The notes: generated by a model from the sequence alone, not told the origin. A stretch of DNA of 63,281 nucleotides, filler included, from Folioceros fuciformis (GCA_049999805.1; 15 parts of 15 records of this genome joined end to end with filler, not necessarily neighbours in it), one strand, 5' to 3'. Shown: positions 24,939 through 38,145, counted from the whole stretch's first letter. Numbers and translations: made by a program.

Positions 24939-27798
24939 TGCCCACGCCCACACTCACGTTTGGATATACGGTTTCAATCTATGTAGAGATATCCGTATGC
25001 AACACTTTATCGATGGGATGGGTACCCATCACACTCTACTCAGGCTGTGAACCCTACCACCTTGCTTTGTGTCTGTGGCTGTCGCTTTGGTTCTGGAGGA
25101 TAAGAACTTTCTAGGCGACAAGGTGGGATAAGACAGTAGGACGACAGTGATGAGGATGGTCAGTGCCCTTCATGGGGGTAAAGGGAAGGACAATGTGTGA
25201 CGAGGATGGATGGTCGGTGGAGTGACGTTGGTGCATGCTTCAGTCCGTTGTACAACGGCTAGTGCGCAGAGTAGATTCCCTTGCTTGCCTGCCCGTTGCA
25301 TCTATTTGTCGTATTATGCAGCTTTGGGGACACCAAGGAGAGGGACTGGGATTGTGACACAGACTGACTCCTCCTCGCTTGGCTCGTGCGGAGGATAGTG
25401 GGTGGAGTGACGTTACTTCAAGTTGAACTGACTCCCCATGGGCTGGGCTTGGCTCGTGCGAAGGATGGTGGGTGGAGTGACGTTACTCCAACTTGAAGGC
25501 CAAGTTTGGGTCAGGGTACGTACGTACATGCAAAGCCAATGGGTGGAGTGACTTTAATTTACTCCAAGTTGAGGGCCTTGGGTGGGTGGAGTCATTGGGA
25601 TGCAGCTTGCTCGAATTTGAAGGGATGGCCAAGCTTGGGTCACACGAGGCACAAGGTACGTTCATACAAAGCCAATGGGTGGAGTGACGTTGCTCCAACT
25701 CCAAGTTTAGGGCCTTGGGTGGTAGAAGATATGCATGTTGTACATAACTAGTGGGTGGAGTGACGTTGCTCCAACTTGCTCAGAGCCTCGCTTAACAAGA
25801 GAAGGTACGTACGTGGCTAGATGGCGTGAGATTCCCGATTTGCTTTGCTTCGGGGCCTGAGCCTGACTTGTGTTGAATTCAAGGGGAAGGGGAAGACTGA
25901 GGACCACCTGACCGACCTGACTCCCGACCTGACCTGTTCACTACAAGGGATGGAGGACCACTATACGAACAATGGTCATTGGTGGGGCGAGGGACGGACT
26001 GACTCTCTGACTCTAATACGGGACTGACTCTCTGACTCTAATATGTACAAAGAGTACGCTAGAGTTGCAATGCATCTAGCCAACTCTTTGTTCAAACGCA
26101 GCTCAACCCGTGTTGTGCTCTGTTGCGTCTGGCAAACACGAGGGGAGGACAGGAGAAGGAAAGGGAAGGGAAGGTCTTCTCTTGGTAAACACGGAAGCTC
26201 TGACAGTCTTTGCTACTTCCCCACCTAATTCATTGATAAGGAGGAAGGACGATGGTAAGGATGGTCGGTGGGCTGCCAGTAAGTGTGTACTCCAAAGTTG
26301 CAATGAATCTAACCGGACTTTGTGAGCGTGGACTGGATGTTACAATGAACTTTGGTCCGGTTTGGGACAGGGAGAGGAAATGGAAGCTTGGAGAACACGC
26401 ACGTAAGAAGATGGCGGTGCAGGAGAGGATTAGATGAAAGGACTTCCATGGAAAGGACATACATGGTGGGTGGTGAAGCTTGCAAGAGTTGAGTGGCGTG
26501 TTGGAACATGTAGAGGACCGTGAAGTGGAGATGCATAAATAATGGCATGCATCGTGTGAGTCATACATATGCATGTATGCATATGCGAAAGGAAGAAGGA
26601 AGAAGGAAGAGGATGAGATCCGGGCCGGGGCTGCGGGCCAGGCTCGGGATCGGGTTCGAGTCAGGCTCGGGCGCCGTCACAAGGTCGGAGACGGTCGGTA
26701 CAGGGAAAACGAATAAACAAGCATGAAATATTTTGAAGTGGGGTGGAAAGTAAGGGGCATGGTGTGGTGGGTTCATGATAGGGAGGATGATTCCAGAAGG
26801 CGACAAGGGATCCAAATTTGAGCGGAGGGGACCAGAGGGACCGGCAACGTCTCTGCACACTTATCAAGTGTCCAGATGTCTGCTTATGCAGCGGACCGGG
26901 GAAGTGAGAAGGAAGGAAGAGGCCGGGAAAGCAGGAAGGAAGCACACACAACCCAATCCAAATTGGCGTACAATCCATACATACCTACATACTGTATGGG
27001 CCCAAGATCGCAGATGAGGCGGCTGTGGTTTCGGGTTCTGTGCTTTTTTTTTTCCTTGTCCCTGGCCCGGGCCCGTCGGAGCCGCAGGCGGAGACGAACG
27101 CCTGTTCCCATTCCATGCCATCCATGCAGCTTCTGTTTCCATGTACATACTCTGCAAACTGTGCAGTACATACACACACATGAATGAATGAACCGACCTT
27201 AGGACCTTAGGAAGGGAGTGAATGAAGGAGTCCCCATGAGGATGCGGATGCGGATGCGGATGGGGGGCCCGGCGGCTCCATCGGCGTTTCATTCCAGTTT
27301 GCACGCCCTACATCACGCCCCGGTTGTCGCCTGCAGGACGCAGGGAAGGAAAGAAGGAAGGAAGGAAGGAAGGCAGGCTCGTGGCTTCAAGGAGTAGGAC
27401 GATGCGCACTAAAGATGACGGATCACACCCGGATTAGGCCCGGAACCGAACCGGAACCGGATAAGAAAGAGGATGTGAGGCCAAGGCATCGGCCATGGCA
27501 CATGGCCATGGGGAAAGATGCGTGGTCTCCCCCCCCCATCACCGGGACATGTTATATATTGGGATCCCAGGCTCGCCGCCTGCCCTATCGGATCGTGGGT
27601 ACACACGCGAAGAGGTTTGGGCATTTATTATCTCCTGTACGAAACCAAACCCGCAAGCCCCGCAACCACAAGCGTCCAGCCACCGGCACAAGCCGCAGCG
27701 ACGGAAACGCGAGGAACCCCATCCCAGTCCCCTCCTCGCCTCCTGATTCCGCCCCTCCTGGCTGGCTGCGGGGCTGCCCCGCCCCGCCCCGACCTCCG
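22540..27798. repeat. Microsatellite-dense non-coding island: (GGGAA)n, (GGAGA)n, (CAGGTC)n, (CCCCGG)n, (TTAGGG)4, (AGGGCT)n, (GGCCGGGCCA)n, (CCTGG)n, (CTCACC)n, (GGATGC)n, (GGAA)n
   Basis: Direct reading. ORFs in this region are repeat translations. Confidence 0.9.
25215..25780. repeat. Array of 7 copies (some partial) of the near-palindrome TGGAGTGACGTTRCTCCA in a degenerate ~70-bp tandem repeat
   Basis: Copies start at 25218, 25403, 25473, 25544, 25587, 25680 and 25756. Confidence 0.8.
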
Positions 27799-27898
27799 NN
27801 NNNNNNNNNNNNNNNNNNNNNNNNNNNNNNNNNNNNNNNNNNTTAATTAATTAANNNNNNNNNNNNNNNNNNNNNNNNNNNNNNNNNNNNNNNNNNNN

Positions 27899-30325
27899 TG
27901 GCCTCGACAAGGTTACCTTACATCACACTAATGGTGCGTCCACATCTGTTGAAGCTTGGAAGTAGATCACTGACATCTATCAATCCACGAACGTGATGAC
28001 GCTGGTCACGGTACGCCTAGAATTCTATTCTTTGCGCATGGGCCCCAATGACAGCATTGCTCAGCACGTTAGCAAGTTTCAATATTTGCGAGCCCAGCTT
28101 GCTGCTCTTGGGACAACCATCACTGAATTTGAAGCTGTTGTTCAGTTATTGGCTAGCCTCCCGGCTAGCTACCAGACATTTGTCCTCTCTCAAAACCAAA
28201 TGGTGAGAAATGCACATCAGGCTGTGTAGTTGGGTATGGTTCCCAACATCACCGNNNNNNNNNNNNNNNNNNNNNNNNNNNNNNNNNNNNNNNNNNNNNN
28301 NNNNNNNNNNNNNNNNNNNNNNNNNNNNNNNNNNNNNNNNNNNNNNNNNNNNNNCTCAGCACCCTCTTTGTCGAAGACACCAAAGCGGCAAGGTACGTGC
28401 AACTGGCGCCAGTCCCCAGGTCATTGGGAAAGGGAGTGCAGGAAGAAGCAAGCTGGTGAGGCCAAGCGCGAACCTCGCACGGCAAATACCGTGGCGGTTT
28501 TGACTAAGGCCAAGAACCATTCTAACCGTGGCGTTGCTCTCACTGTTTGTCTTGTGACCTTTGAATACAAGAGTTCCTGGGTGATAGATTCTGCCGCGTC
28601 AGTGCACTTCTGTAGCCACAAGTCGATGTTCGCTACGTATGCAGCGTCTACTAATACTCAACGTTTCAAACTGCTTGGGGATGACTCTGGTCTTTCTATT
28701 GCGGGACATGGTTCCATCACCTTCACTTTGGATGATGGTTCCTTGATGTTTCTTACTAATGTGCTACATGTTCCCCAGATGGCCAAGAATCTTATCTCCG
28801 TTAGACAGCTCATGCAGGACGGATCCTTTCGCCTCAACTTTGGCCCTGGAGACTGTCTGTTATCTCGGACTTCTAACCCACGGGTTATTGTTGCTAAAAG
28901 TCCTCGTCATGATTTATATGTCTTTTAAAGCAAGCCCGTGCTTTCAGCGGCTGCCTCTACGGTGGTTTCCTCTCATGGAGACCAGCCTCATAGGAGCTCG
29001 CATCCAGGTGCAGCTCTCTTGTGGCATTGCCGGCTCGGGCACCTCAACCCTGCTCGACTACTTGCCACCTCCCAGCAGGACTTGTATCGGGATAAACTTC
29101 CTAAGCTTCCGTCAACACAACCTCTCTGCGAAGCTTGTGTCCTTGCTAAATAGCAAAGTTCCCCTTATCCTACTCTTCCTGCTCGTCGGTCTTCGGCACC
29201 TCTTGATTTGGTCCACATAGATTTAAATAGGTGGTCCTCTCCCTATCTCGTCTTTAGGCGGAGCAAATCACTTTATGGTTGTTGTGGATGATTTCTGTCG
29301 ATATACGTTTGCATTTCCTATCCATCTTAAGAGTGACTCGTTCAATGTGTTCTCACCCTTTGTTACAATGGCTGAGTTACAGACTGGCCGTAAACTTCGG
29401 TGTATTCGCTCCGACAATGCGGGAGAACTCAACAACCATCAGTTTCGCGACTTCTGCGAGCAGTGTGGTGTCTTGCGTCAGTTTACAGTGCCCTACACTT
29501 CTGAGCAGAACGGCGTTGCTGAGAAGGTCAATGGCGATTTGATGTTCATGGCTCGTGCCATGCTGGCATAGTCCCAAATGCCCAAGTCCTTTTGGGCTGA
29601 GGCTGTGTCTATTGTGGTGTACATTAAGAACACAGTCCTCACCAAGTCGGTTTCTGGCCGTACTCCATATGAGTGTTGGCATGGGAGCAAGCCTTTAATT
29701 TCACATCTTCGTGTTTTTGGTTGCCCTGCCTATGCTCTTGTCCCATCACAACTTTGCGACAAGCTTGATGCTCGTGCTCGCAAGTTGGTGTTTGTCGGTT
29801 ATGGCGATGACTGCAAAGCCTACAAGCTCGTGGACTTGGACTCTCGGATTCCTATCTACACCCGCACTGTCACCTTTGATGAACCTAAGATAGTGCCTGC
29901 TCTTGCAACGTCATTTGAGCCTCCTCTTGACGTGCAAGATGGTGCTTCCTCTGGCTCGAGCACTCCTTGCTCTTGTGGTGATACTTCTATTGTTCACTTT
30001 GTTCAGCCCTTTACTTTTCCGACTGTTGGTGTTCCTCCTCCTCCTGTGGCTCCTATCCCTCAAGCAGTTCTGGTGCCGCTAGTTGCTGGTTCTGCTCCCC
30101 AAGTGCAGCCCGCTCCTGAGTCACCTATTCCTGCTCGAAAGGGGGACATGGAAATAGACCACAAGGTAGTATCTGAGGACCCCCGTACGAAACAAGGTGA
30201 TGTTGAACATGTTGATTTTGAACACGTGGTGCCCCATGATATTCCTCAAGCACCTGTCACTCCTCCATCCCCACCTAGGCCCCCGGCTGCTCCTGAGCGT
30301 AGATATCCTACTCGTGTACGCCAGC
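27899..30325 (+). mobile_element. Degenerate Ty1/Copia gag-pol (UBN2 gag, zinc knuckle, protease, GAG-pre-integrase, integrase), truncated by an LTR insertion
   Basis: LLASLPASY, CNW.QSPGHWEREC, WVIDSAASVH, LWHCRLGH, VVDDFCRY, IRSDNAGE, PYTSEQNGVAE, HLRVFGC. Confidence 0.93.
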
Positions 30326-30926
30326 TGTGGAGGCAAAACCCCGGGCACTGATTGCCGACGGGTTCCACCTTTAGTGGCCACACTTATCCCACTGTCGTTG
30401 AGACATTGGGTTTCGTTCCCACGAAGGAGCGATGGGGTTCCTTGCTGCTGTGGATGGAGGGTCGGACTTGATCGACTCGATGACGGATTCGAGGGCTCCC
30501 CTCCAGCTCCGATCAGGCGTAGGACAGGCCTCGCTGTCCGGCGGTCAGCTGCACCTCTCTCGGTGCCCACAAACTCACTCCAGTCACTACAACGACTCTA
30601 ACCTCTCAGATCTGCGTCTTTCCTCACACACCTCACTCACTCTCTCACTCCAGCACCAACACCAGCAACTACCAGCCACCAGCAACGACACCACTACCTT
30701 CTACGCTTCCTACGGACTCCTCCTACCCAGCAAGAGTCACTAGACTAACCCCAAACAAAAGGAAGAAGGGAACACACTCCCCTCTGGGGTATCTCCTCCC
30801 CACAACCTTACCAGACGCCATGAGACATGGCCGGCCTACAGCACTTGACCAAGCAAGGAACAAGAGTGGACAGGTCGGGAGGAAGACACACCCTTTACAA
30901 TCAAGAGCTAGGGGCAAGCCCCTTCA
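30326..30926 (+). mobile_element. 601-bp LTR (family B; TGTGGAGGC...GCCCCTTCA) followed by internal sequence up to the gap
   Basis: TG...CA ends; highly similar copies at 31476-32095 (-), 32096-32684 (-) and 37179-37772 (+); interrupts unrelated TE ORFs. Confidence 0.8.
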
Positions 30927-31071
30927 CCCTGGTCATTACACCTTGTGATCCTACCAGACACTATACAACCGNNNNNNNNNNNNNNNNNNNNNNNNNNNNN
31001 NNNNNNNNNNNNNNNTTAATTAATTAANNNNNNNNNNNNNNNNNNNNNNNNNNNNNNNNNNNNNNNNNNNN

Positions 31072-32684
31072 GGCCAGGAGCTCATTGGTGGCAGGATGTG
31101 CTAGAAGTCTAAATAAGTGGCTGGTGATAGCCGGCTAGGCTAGTGGTCCTATTAAAATAATATTTCTCAAGTTAGAGAGAGATGAAGTCAGAGAGAGAGA
31201 GAGGCTCCTATAAGATCAGGTGAGCCTGTAGGAGGAGGGAGTCATTTACTTTGGGAGTCAGTCTATCTCTTCGTGAGCTCTTGGAGGTCCTCTCTTCATG
31301 AGCTCTTGTGGCCTGTCCCTGCTTGGTTTAGGACCTGCACTGTGTTGCCGACTGTGCAACGTCTGGTAGGATCGCAAGCCGCGTGTTGCCGGTTGTACAG
31401 TGTCAGGTAGGATCACAGGCAGCGTGTTGCCGGTTGTATAGTGTCTAGTAGGATCACAAGGTGTAATGACCAGGGTGAAGGGGCTTGCCCCTAGCTCTTG
31501 ATTGTAAAGGATGTGTCTTTCTCTCGACCTATCCACTCTTGTTCCTTGCTTGGACAAGTGCTGTAGGCCAGCCATGTCTCATGGCCTCTAGTAAGGTTGT
31601 GGGGAGGAGATATCCAAGAGGGGAGTGTGTTCCCTTCTTTCTTTTCTTTGGGGGTTAGTCTAGTGACTCTTGCCGGGTAGGAGGAGTCAGTAGGGAAGTG
31701 TAGAAGGTAGTGGTGTCATTGTTAGTTGCTGGTGTTGGTGCTGGAGTGAGAGAGTGNNNNNNNNNNNNNNNNNNNNNNNNNNNNNNNNNNNNNNNNNNNN
31801 NNNNNNNNNNNNNNNNNNNNNNNNNNNNNNNNNNNNNNNNNNNNNNNNNNNNNNNNACCGAGAGAGGTGCAGCTGACCGCCGGACAGCGAGGCCTGTCCT
31901 ACGCCTGATCAGAGCTGGAGGGGAGCCCTCGAATCCATCATCGAGTTGATCAAGTCCGACCCTCCATCCACAGCAGCAAGGAACCCCATCGTTCCTTCGT
32001 GGGAACGAAACCCAATGTCTCAACGACAGTGGGATAAGTGTGGTCACTAAAGGTGGAACCCGTTGTCAATCAGTGCCCGGGGTTTTGCTTCCACAAGGGG
32101 CTTGCCCCTAGCTCTTGATTGTAAAGGATGTATGTTTCTCTCGACCTGTCCACTCTTATTCCTTGCTTGGACAAGTGCTGTAGGCCGGCCATGTCTCATG
32201 GCCTCTAGTAAGGTTGTGGGGAGGAGATATCCAAGAGAGGAGTGTGTTCCCTTCTTTCTTTTCTTTGGGGTTAGTCTAGTGACTCTTGCCGGGTAGGAGG
32301 AGTCAGTAGGGAAGTGTAGAAGGTAGTGGTGTCATTGTTAGTTGTTGGTGTTGGTGTTGGAGTGAGAGAGTGAGTGAAGTGAGTGAGGGAAGTCGCAGAT
32401 CTAAGAGGTTAGGGTCGTTGTAGTGACTGGAGTGAGTTTGTGGGCACCGATAGAGGTGCAGCTGACTGCCGGACAGCGAGGCCTGTCCTACGCCTGATCG
32501 GAGCTGGAGGGGAGCCCTCGAATCCATCATCGAGTTGATCAAGTCCGACCCTCCATCCATAGCAACAAGGAACCCCATCGCTCCTTTGTGGGAACGAAAC
32601 CCAATGTCTCAACGACAGTGGGATAAGTGTGGCCACTAAAGGTGGAACCCGTTGGCAATCAGTGCCCGGGGTTTTGCCTCCACA
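31072..32684 (-). mobile_element. Two head-to-tail family B LTRs (32096-32684, 31476-32095) plus 5' internal region with a ~42-bp triple repeat
   Basis: Reverse-complement match to 30326-30971. Confidence 0.8.
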
Positions 32685-33768
32685 CCCTACCACTAGCTGC
32701 AACCCTCCTCCTCTCATGCTCCTTGACAGCAATGAGGTGGAACTTCTCAAATTTACTAAGCATTTCCTCCATCTTGGATTCTTGCTGTTCCACCTTCTTG
32801 GCTACAGCCTCAGCCTCTTTCTTAACCTGTTCCACTTCCCTCTTAGCATGGGCCACCTCTTGCTTGGCGTTGGTCAGATCTTTGGCTTTCTTGGCCTCCC
32901 TCTTCTTCCTTGCCACCTCTTGCTCCTTCCTCTTCCTTCTCCTCTTGGCAGCCTCATCCTCTGAGGACTCCTCATCCGAGCTGTCCTCCGTTGAAGATGT
33001 GGAGGACCCCACTGCTGATCCTCCTGAAAAATCACTCTCCTCGGAGGATGAGTCCCTCTTTTTCTTCCCCTTCCTAGGCCTATTCTTCCTCTTATCCTTC
33101 TCCTTCACTCTCCCCTTCTCCTTGGACTTCCCTTTACCCCAAGGATGAGACTCCTCGTAATTGAGAGCTGCCCTTATAGCCCTGTCCACATCCTTTTCTG
33201 AGAACAATTTCACATGGCCCCCTATCCTCGATCCTAAGCCTCCAGCGAACCACCTAATGGCCTGTAAATCTGAATGAGGTCCATAGCAATCTCGTAGGCT
33301 GTGGAACCTCTCCACATAGGCCTGCAAGGTCTCCTTCCTCCTCCTCCTCAAGGCCTCCAGCTTGGACAGCACGTAGCCCTCTACGTCTATCCCCTTGAAC
33401 CGCTCACAAAAGGCCCTCTTTAGCACATCAAAAGTTGCTGGAAATGTGTCGGCCTTGAGGTACTGCCTCCTATACCACTTGGCAGGCCCTCCACGCAGCA
33501 CACCATAGAACAATTGGATGCATTGTGCATCCGCTAATTCCTGGTTAGCAAGGGTCAGCTGCTCAAACCTCTCCACAAATTCATCCGGGCCCTCATACCC
33601 CTTCTTCTCCCCATACAAGGGGTATGGCTGCTTGGTGAACATTGCAACAGCTGGGGTCGCCATGGTGCCTGCACTCACTCCTGCAGTTGCAGATCCAGCA
33701 GCTCCAGCCCCTGGAATTTGTCTGATGTTGCTGAACCCCTCAGCTCTTGCACCCCTAACCTCCTGCAC
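32685..33768 (-). mobile_element. Gypsy-type gag ORF (retrotransposon gag domain + charged coiled coil) interrupted by a family B LTR
   Basis: PDEFVERFE...LRGGPAKWY...TFDVLKRAFCERF...ETLQAYVERF...FAGGL; the ORF runs into the LTR (WRQNPGH). Confidence 0.85.
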
Positions 33769-34812
33769 AAGCCAGGTTGAGGATCAAAGGGCAGACTTGG
33801 GTTAGGTTGGCCTGAAGTAGGCCCCTCTCCCACAGCAGAAAGTTGGGGGTCTTGCTCCAATGTGTCTAATCCCCCCACAGCCTGCTGGTTGCTTGCCCCT
33901 CTCCTCCTCCTTCCTGGTGTATGTGATCGGTAGACGCAAGCAAGATTTGCATTGCTTAGCAAAAGATAGTTACAATGTCCACGCCTTGTAAACATATATG
34001 ACGGTTAAGTTATTAACCGTCAGTCCTAACCCTAAACCTGCTAATAAGTGTATAACTAACCTATATACACTATCACTCCCACTTAGGTTAAGGGTGGTTA
34101 TAGTTTAGTTTGATATATTTATATATGTTTATAGCTATGCTAGACTACGAAACGCTAACCCTATCTAAGAAACTTTGAAAATAAAAGAAACTTAGACTAA
34201 AACTTAGGGCACGCTTCAACTTCAGGCTTCACTCCTTCAGTCTTCGNNNNNNNNNNNNNNNNNNNNNNNNNNNNNNNNNNNNNNNNNNNNTTAATTAATT
34301 AANNNNNNNNNNNNNNNNNNNNNNNNNNNNNNNNNNNNNNNNNNNNCAAACTTTCCCAACCCTATGGCCCGGTACCGGACCTAAACTTTCCCAGGTCTAG
34401 AACCAGACCTGCACCCACTCTAATAACCAAACCAACTATTTTCTAGTCAATTAACCTAATTAGCACAAAGAAAAATAGGAAAAATGACCAGAAAATCAAG
34501 GAAAATTAGGGAAAATAAGTTGAAAAAGAAAACCAAACCATACCACTATTAACCCTTTTTCAACCAAAACAAACTACTACCCCAAACTTTGGAGGTTCAC
34601 ACCTACATACGTAGAGAGAGTACCTACGTGGGGAAAATGGAAGATACCTANNNNNNNNNNNNNNNNNNNNNNNNNNNNNNNNNNNNNNNNNNNNNNNNNN
34701 NNNNNNNNNNNNNNNNNNNNNNNNNNNNNNNNNNNNNNNNNNNNNNNNNNTACCACTATTAACCCTTTTTCAACCAAAACCATTTACTACCCCAAACTTT
34801 GGAGGTTCACAC

Positions 34813-34990
34813 AAGTCCCAATCTATCTTGGGCTTGGTGAGACACAACTTCCTCAATGCACGTTTGATGGTTTGCACCATCCTCTCGGCCAATCGATCTG
34901 CCTGAGGGTGATCACGACTGGTGTGCCAGTGATCAATGAGCGCAACATCTAGCAAGTCCTAGAACTCACCCCTAAATTCAGCCCCTTGGT
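34813..34990 (-). mobile_element. Gypsy integrase fragment, same family as 15014-16490
   Basis: TSRDHPQADRLAERMVQTIKRALRK. Confidence 0.85.
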
Positions 34991-34994
34991 CAGT

Positions 34995-35948
34995 CAAACA
35001 CTTGGTGCTGCTCCCAAACCGGCCATCCATTGGCCTCTCTCGATTCCTGCCTTGAACAAGGCCGCCGCCGCTGCTACAGTGCTATGCTTCGTCAGCGACT
35101 CGAGGATGAGTCCTCCTTCCTCCTCTTGACTATGCCCATACACTTTCCACACCAACTCCATGCTCCATTCTTGAGGATTGCCTCGGATTCCGTCCTCCTT
35201 TGTTGGGCTCCTCATTTGTTGAGCGCACTCCTGCACCAGGCCAGGAGCTGCGTGGTTCCAGCGCTGGGTCATTCTCTGGCCACTTGCGCCGACGCCAACT
35301 GCGTAGCGCTTCTCTCCCACTTCATCTCGCCCTGTCTCTTTGCTCCACCTGACTCCGCTGGTTCAGTCGTCCTCTGCGCTGCCTCTACCTTGCTCAGCCG
35401 CTATTGCGCCCGCTTGGTCGTTGCCGAGGTTGCGCAACCGCTCCACTTCTGCTCCCCGACTCCTTAGTTGCTCTCCTCTTCGAAATCGCATATGGACCCT
35501 TCTGCCTCTTACTTAGGGTTTTATACTTGTCGGGTCGTCCTGATTCCACCACCACTCGGAGCACTACTGCCGGTTGCCCTTCCATGACAATGGTTCACCT
35601 TCCACCACCGTTGCTGAGTCATGACATCCCTATTTTCTAGCCTTAGTCCACAACTTGCCTACTCTTAGGACCATTTCTTATTTCTAATATTTTAGGGAGG
35701 GGGTCTGCATATATAGACTTCCTAGTGCCCCTTCCACTACCAAAGGCCAAGGACTACCTAGCCAGCCCGGACACCTAGTCCGGCTACTGATTCACACCAA
35801 CCCTTCATGGTCCAAGGAGACCTTGGGTATAAATACCCCTGTCTTATTCTCAACCTAAGCCGTTTTCTTCACACTGTCACAAAAAAAAAACAAAGTCCAC
35901 TCAATATGTCACTCAAAAAGGGGTTTGCGCATATTTTTTTCCTCTACA
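34995..35948 (+). mobile_element. Family A LTR element 3' part: internal region, PPT, 243-bp LTR (35706-35948)
   Basis: Homologous to 258-650 and 760-1002; AGGGAGGGGG precedes TGCATATATAG...CCTCTACA. Confidence 0.65.
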
Positions 35949-36023
35949 GTCGCTCATCTCTGCTAGTTCCTGTTGTTGAGGAATCTGTAGCAGTGATCCA
36001 ATGCAGCCTATGGATCGGAACAT

Positions 36024-37178
36024 GGCTCTGATACCAATGCCACAACCTGGAAATTGCAAGTACAGCAGGTTGGGCTACTTGAGCGTACAAAGATTCCTCG
36101 TCTTGCTTCAGGGGCAATTCCCCTTTTGTACATGTGTGGGGGTGGTGGCCAAGAAGGTTGCACCTAACTACTCATCTGCCTAAACTATTTCCAGTTACGA
36201 GATCCTAGTTGATTACCTACCTAGTCGGTAGTTACAGAATTGCTAGTATTGCCAACATAACGGTTTGAATAGCCACTGGTCTAAATATCAGTAAATAACG
36301 AATAATGTAATAACCGGATAATAGCGAATAGTGGGTTAACAATTACAATATCAAATAACTAATCAAATGACTCATCTTTATAGCAGCCAGATGAGGCGAA
36401 TAACGGATGACCATATGGCGTTTCGAACCCAGTACCTTGTTCCTATGCCCTAGCTCTTGATCCAGCCGGGTCTATCACTGTTGTGACAGGAGGTTCCTTC
36501 CATCCTACGGGTTCGGAGATTGCAGGACGAGTTCTTAAGTTGTACCTTTGTGTAGGTTTTGGTGCATCTTCCACTGGAGCAGGAACATTAATAGGATCAT
36601 GGTGTTCCATGTCATTCACTGGAGGGTCATCATGCTCTTCATCAAGAGTGTTAGCTGGCTCCTCGACTTGAATGTTGTTGCCATCTGGTGGTGTTTCATG
36701 TGGAATAAATGCTAACTCCTCCTGCTCGTGCATAATAGTTCAACTACGGGAACACCTAGAGCAAGAACTGGAAATTGAGTGATATATTCAATATCATCAA
36801 ATAAGGAGGTATCTGAGGGCTCTTCGGAAGAGATGTCCTCAGGGCCGGATGTACCAGCTCCCATTGCTGGGGAAAATAAGTAAGACTCATGAAAAGTAAC
36901 ACTCCTAGCATATATAAGCTTCCGTGTGGTGGGTTCAAATAGCTTGTAACCTTTGATACCTTTGGTGTAGCCAATGAATAGATATTTCGCAACTTTTGGA
37001 TCTAACTTCTTGCGTTGTACTTCAGGGATAAAGGCATATGCAGGAGATCCAAAAGTGATCTATGGAAGGCTTGTTGCCGATGAATGCTTCACATGGAGTC
37101 ATACCTTGAACTGAGGAAGTCGGCAGGCGATTCATGAGATAGTTTGTTGTAACGAGGGCCTCAGCTCAATAAGCTTTG
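36024..37178 (-). mobile_element. Copia remnants: tRNA-iMet PBS (36024-36036), an LTR-like segment and an integrase C-terminal fragment
   Basis: TGGTATCAGAGCC on the minus strand; NYLMNRLPT...TPCEAF...FGSPAYAFIP..RKKLD remnants. Confidence 0.7.
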
Positions 37179-37772
37179 TGTGGAGGCAAAACCCCGGGCA
37201 CTGATTGCCAACGGGTTCCACCTTTAGTGGCCACACTTATCCCACTGTCGTTGAGACATTGGGTTTCGTTCCCACGAAGGAGCGATGGGGTTCCTTGCTG
37301 CTGTGGATGGAGGGTCGGACTTGATCGACTCGATGATGGATTCGAGGGCTCCCCTCTAGCTTCGATCAGGCGTAGGACAGGCCTCGCTGTCTAGCGGTCA
37401 GCTGCACCTCTCTCGGTGCCCTCAAACTCACTTCAGTCACTACAACGACTCTAACCTCTCAGATCTGCGACTTCCCTCACACACTTCACTCACTCTCTCA
37501 CTCCAGCAACAACACCAGCAACTACCAGCAACCAGCAACGACACCACTACCTTCTACACTTCCCTACTGACTCCTCCTACCCGGCAAGAGTCACTAGACT
37601 AACCCCAAAGAAAAGAAAGAAGGGAACACACTCCCCTTTTGGATATCTCCCCCTGACAACCTTACAAGACACCATGAGACATGGCCGGCCTACAGCACTT
37701 GTCCAAGCAAGGAACAAGAGTGGACAGGTCGAGAGAAAGACACATCCTTTACAATCAAGAGCTAGGGGCAAG
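37179..37772 (+). mobile_element. Family B LTR lacking its last ~8 nt
   Basis: Match to 30326-30918. Confidence 0.85.
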
Positions 37773-38145
37773 TGTGGACTCCACATGCTGAACAGACCCC
37801 TGGGAAATGATAGGTTTTCTTTTTTTTGGATTTGTGGGTGAGTGTTGTAGAGGAAAGGTTGGAAGGTTAGGTTAGAATAATAGTTAGGTTGATGGTGAGT
37901 CGATAAGGTAGGTAGGTTGTGTGGTAGATAGGACACGGGCTCTGGTTCCTCGGGGTAAGGTAACGGAGGAATAGGAAACCTGGGACGTCGCGGAAAGCGA
38001 GTTGGGGGTCCTCTGGCTGTCGCTGGTGGAAGTTGGGGACAGAGATNNNNNNNNNNNNNNNNNNNNNNNNNNNNNNNNNNNNNNNNNNNNTTAATTAATT
38101 AANNNNNNNNNNNNNNNNNNNNNNNNNNNNNNNNNNNNNNNNNNN

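Noticed and set aside
25215-25780. CRISPR-like repeat-spacer array
   Set aside because: Spacers are homologous to each other and irregular in length, there are no cas genes, and the context is eukaryotic.
26309-26548. F-box-like fragment (HLLTCVFSKLPFP) on the minus strand
   Set aside because: The match is too short and the downstream VCK.W motif is absent.
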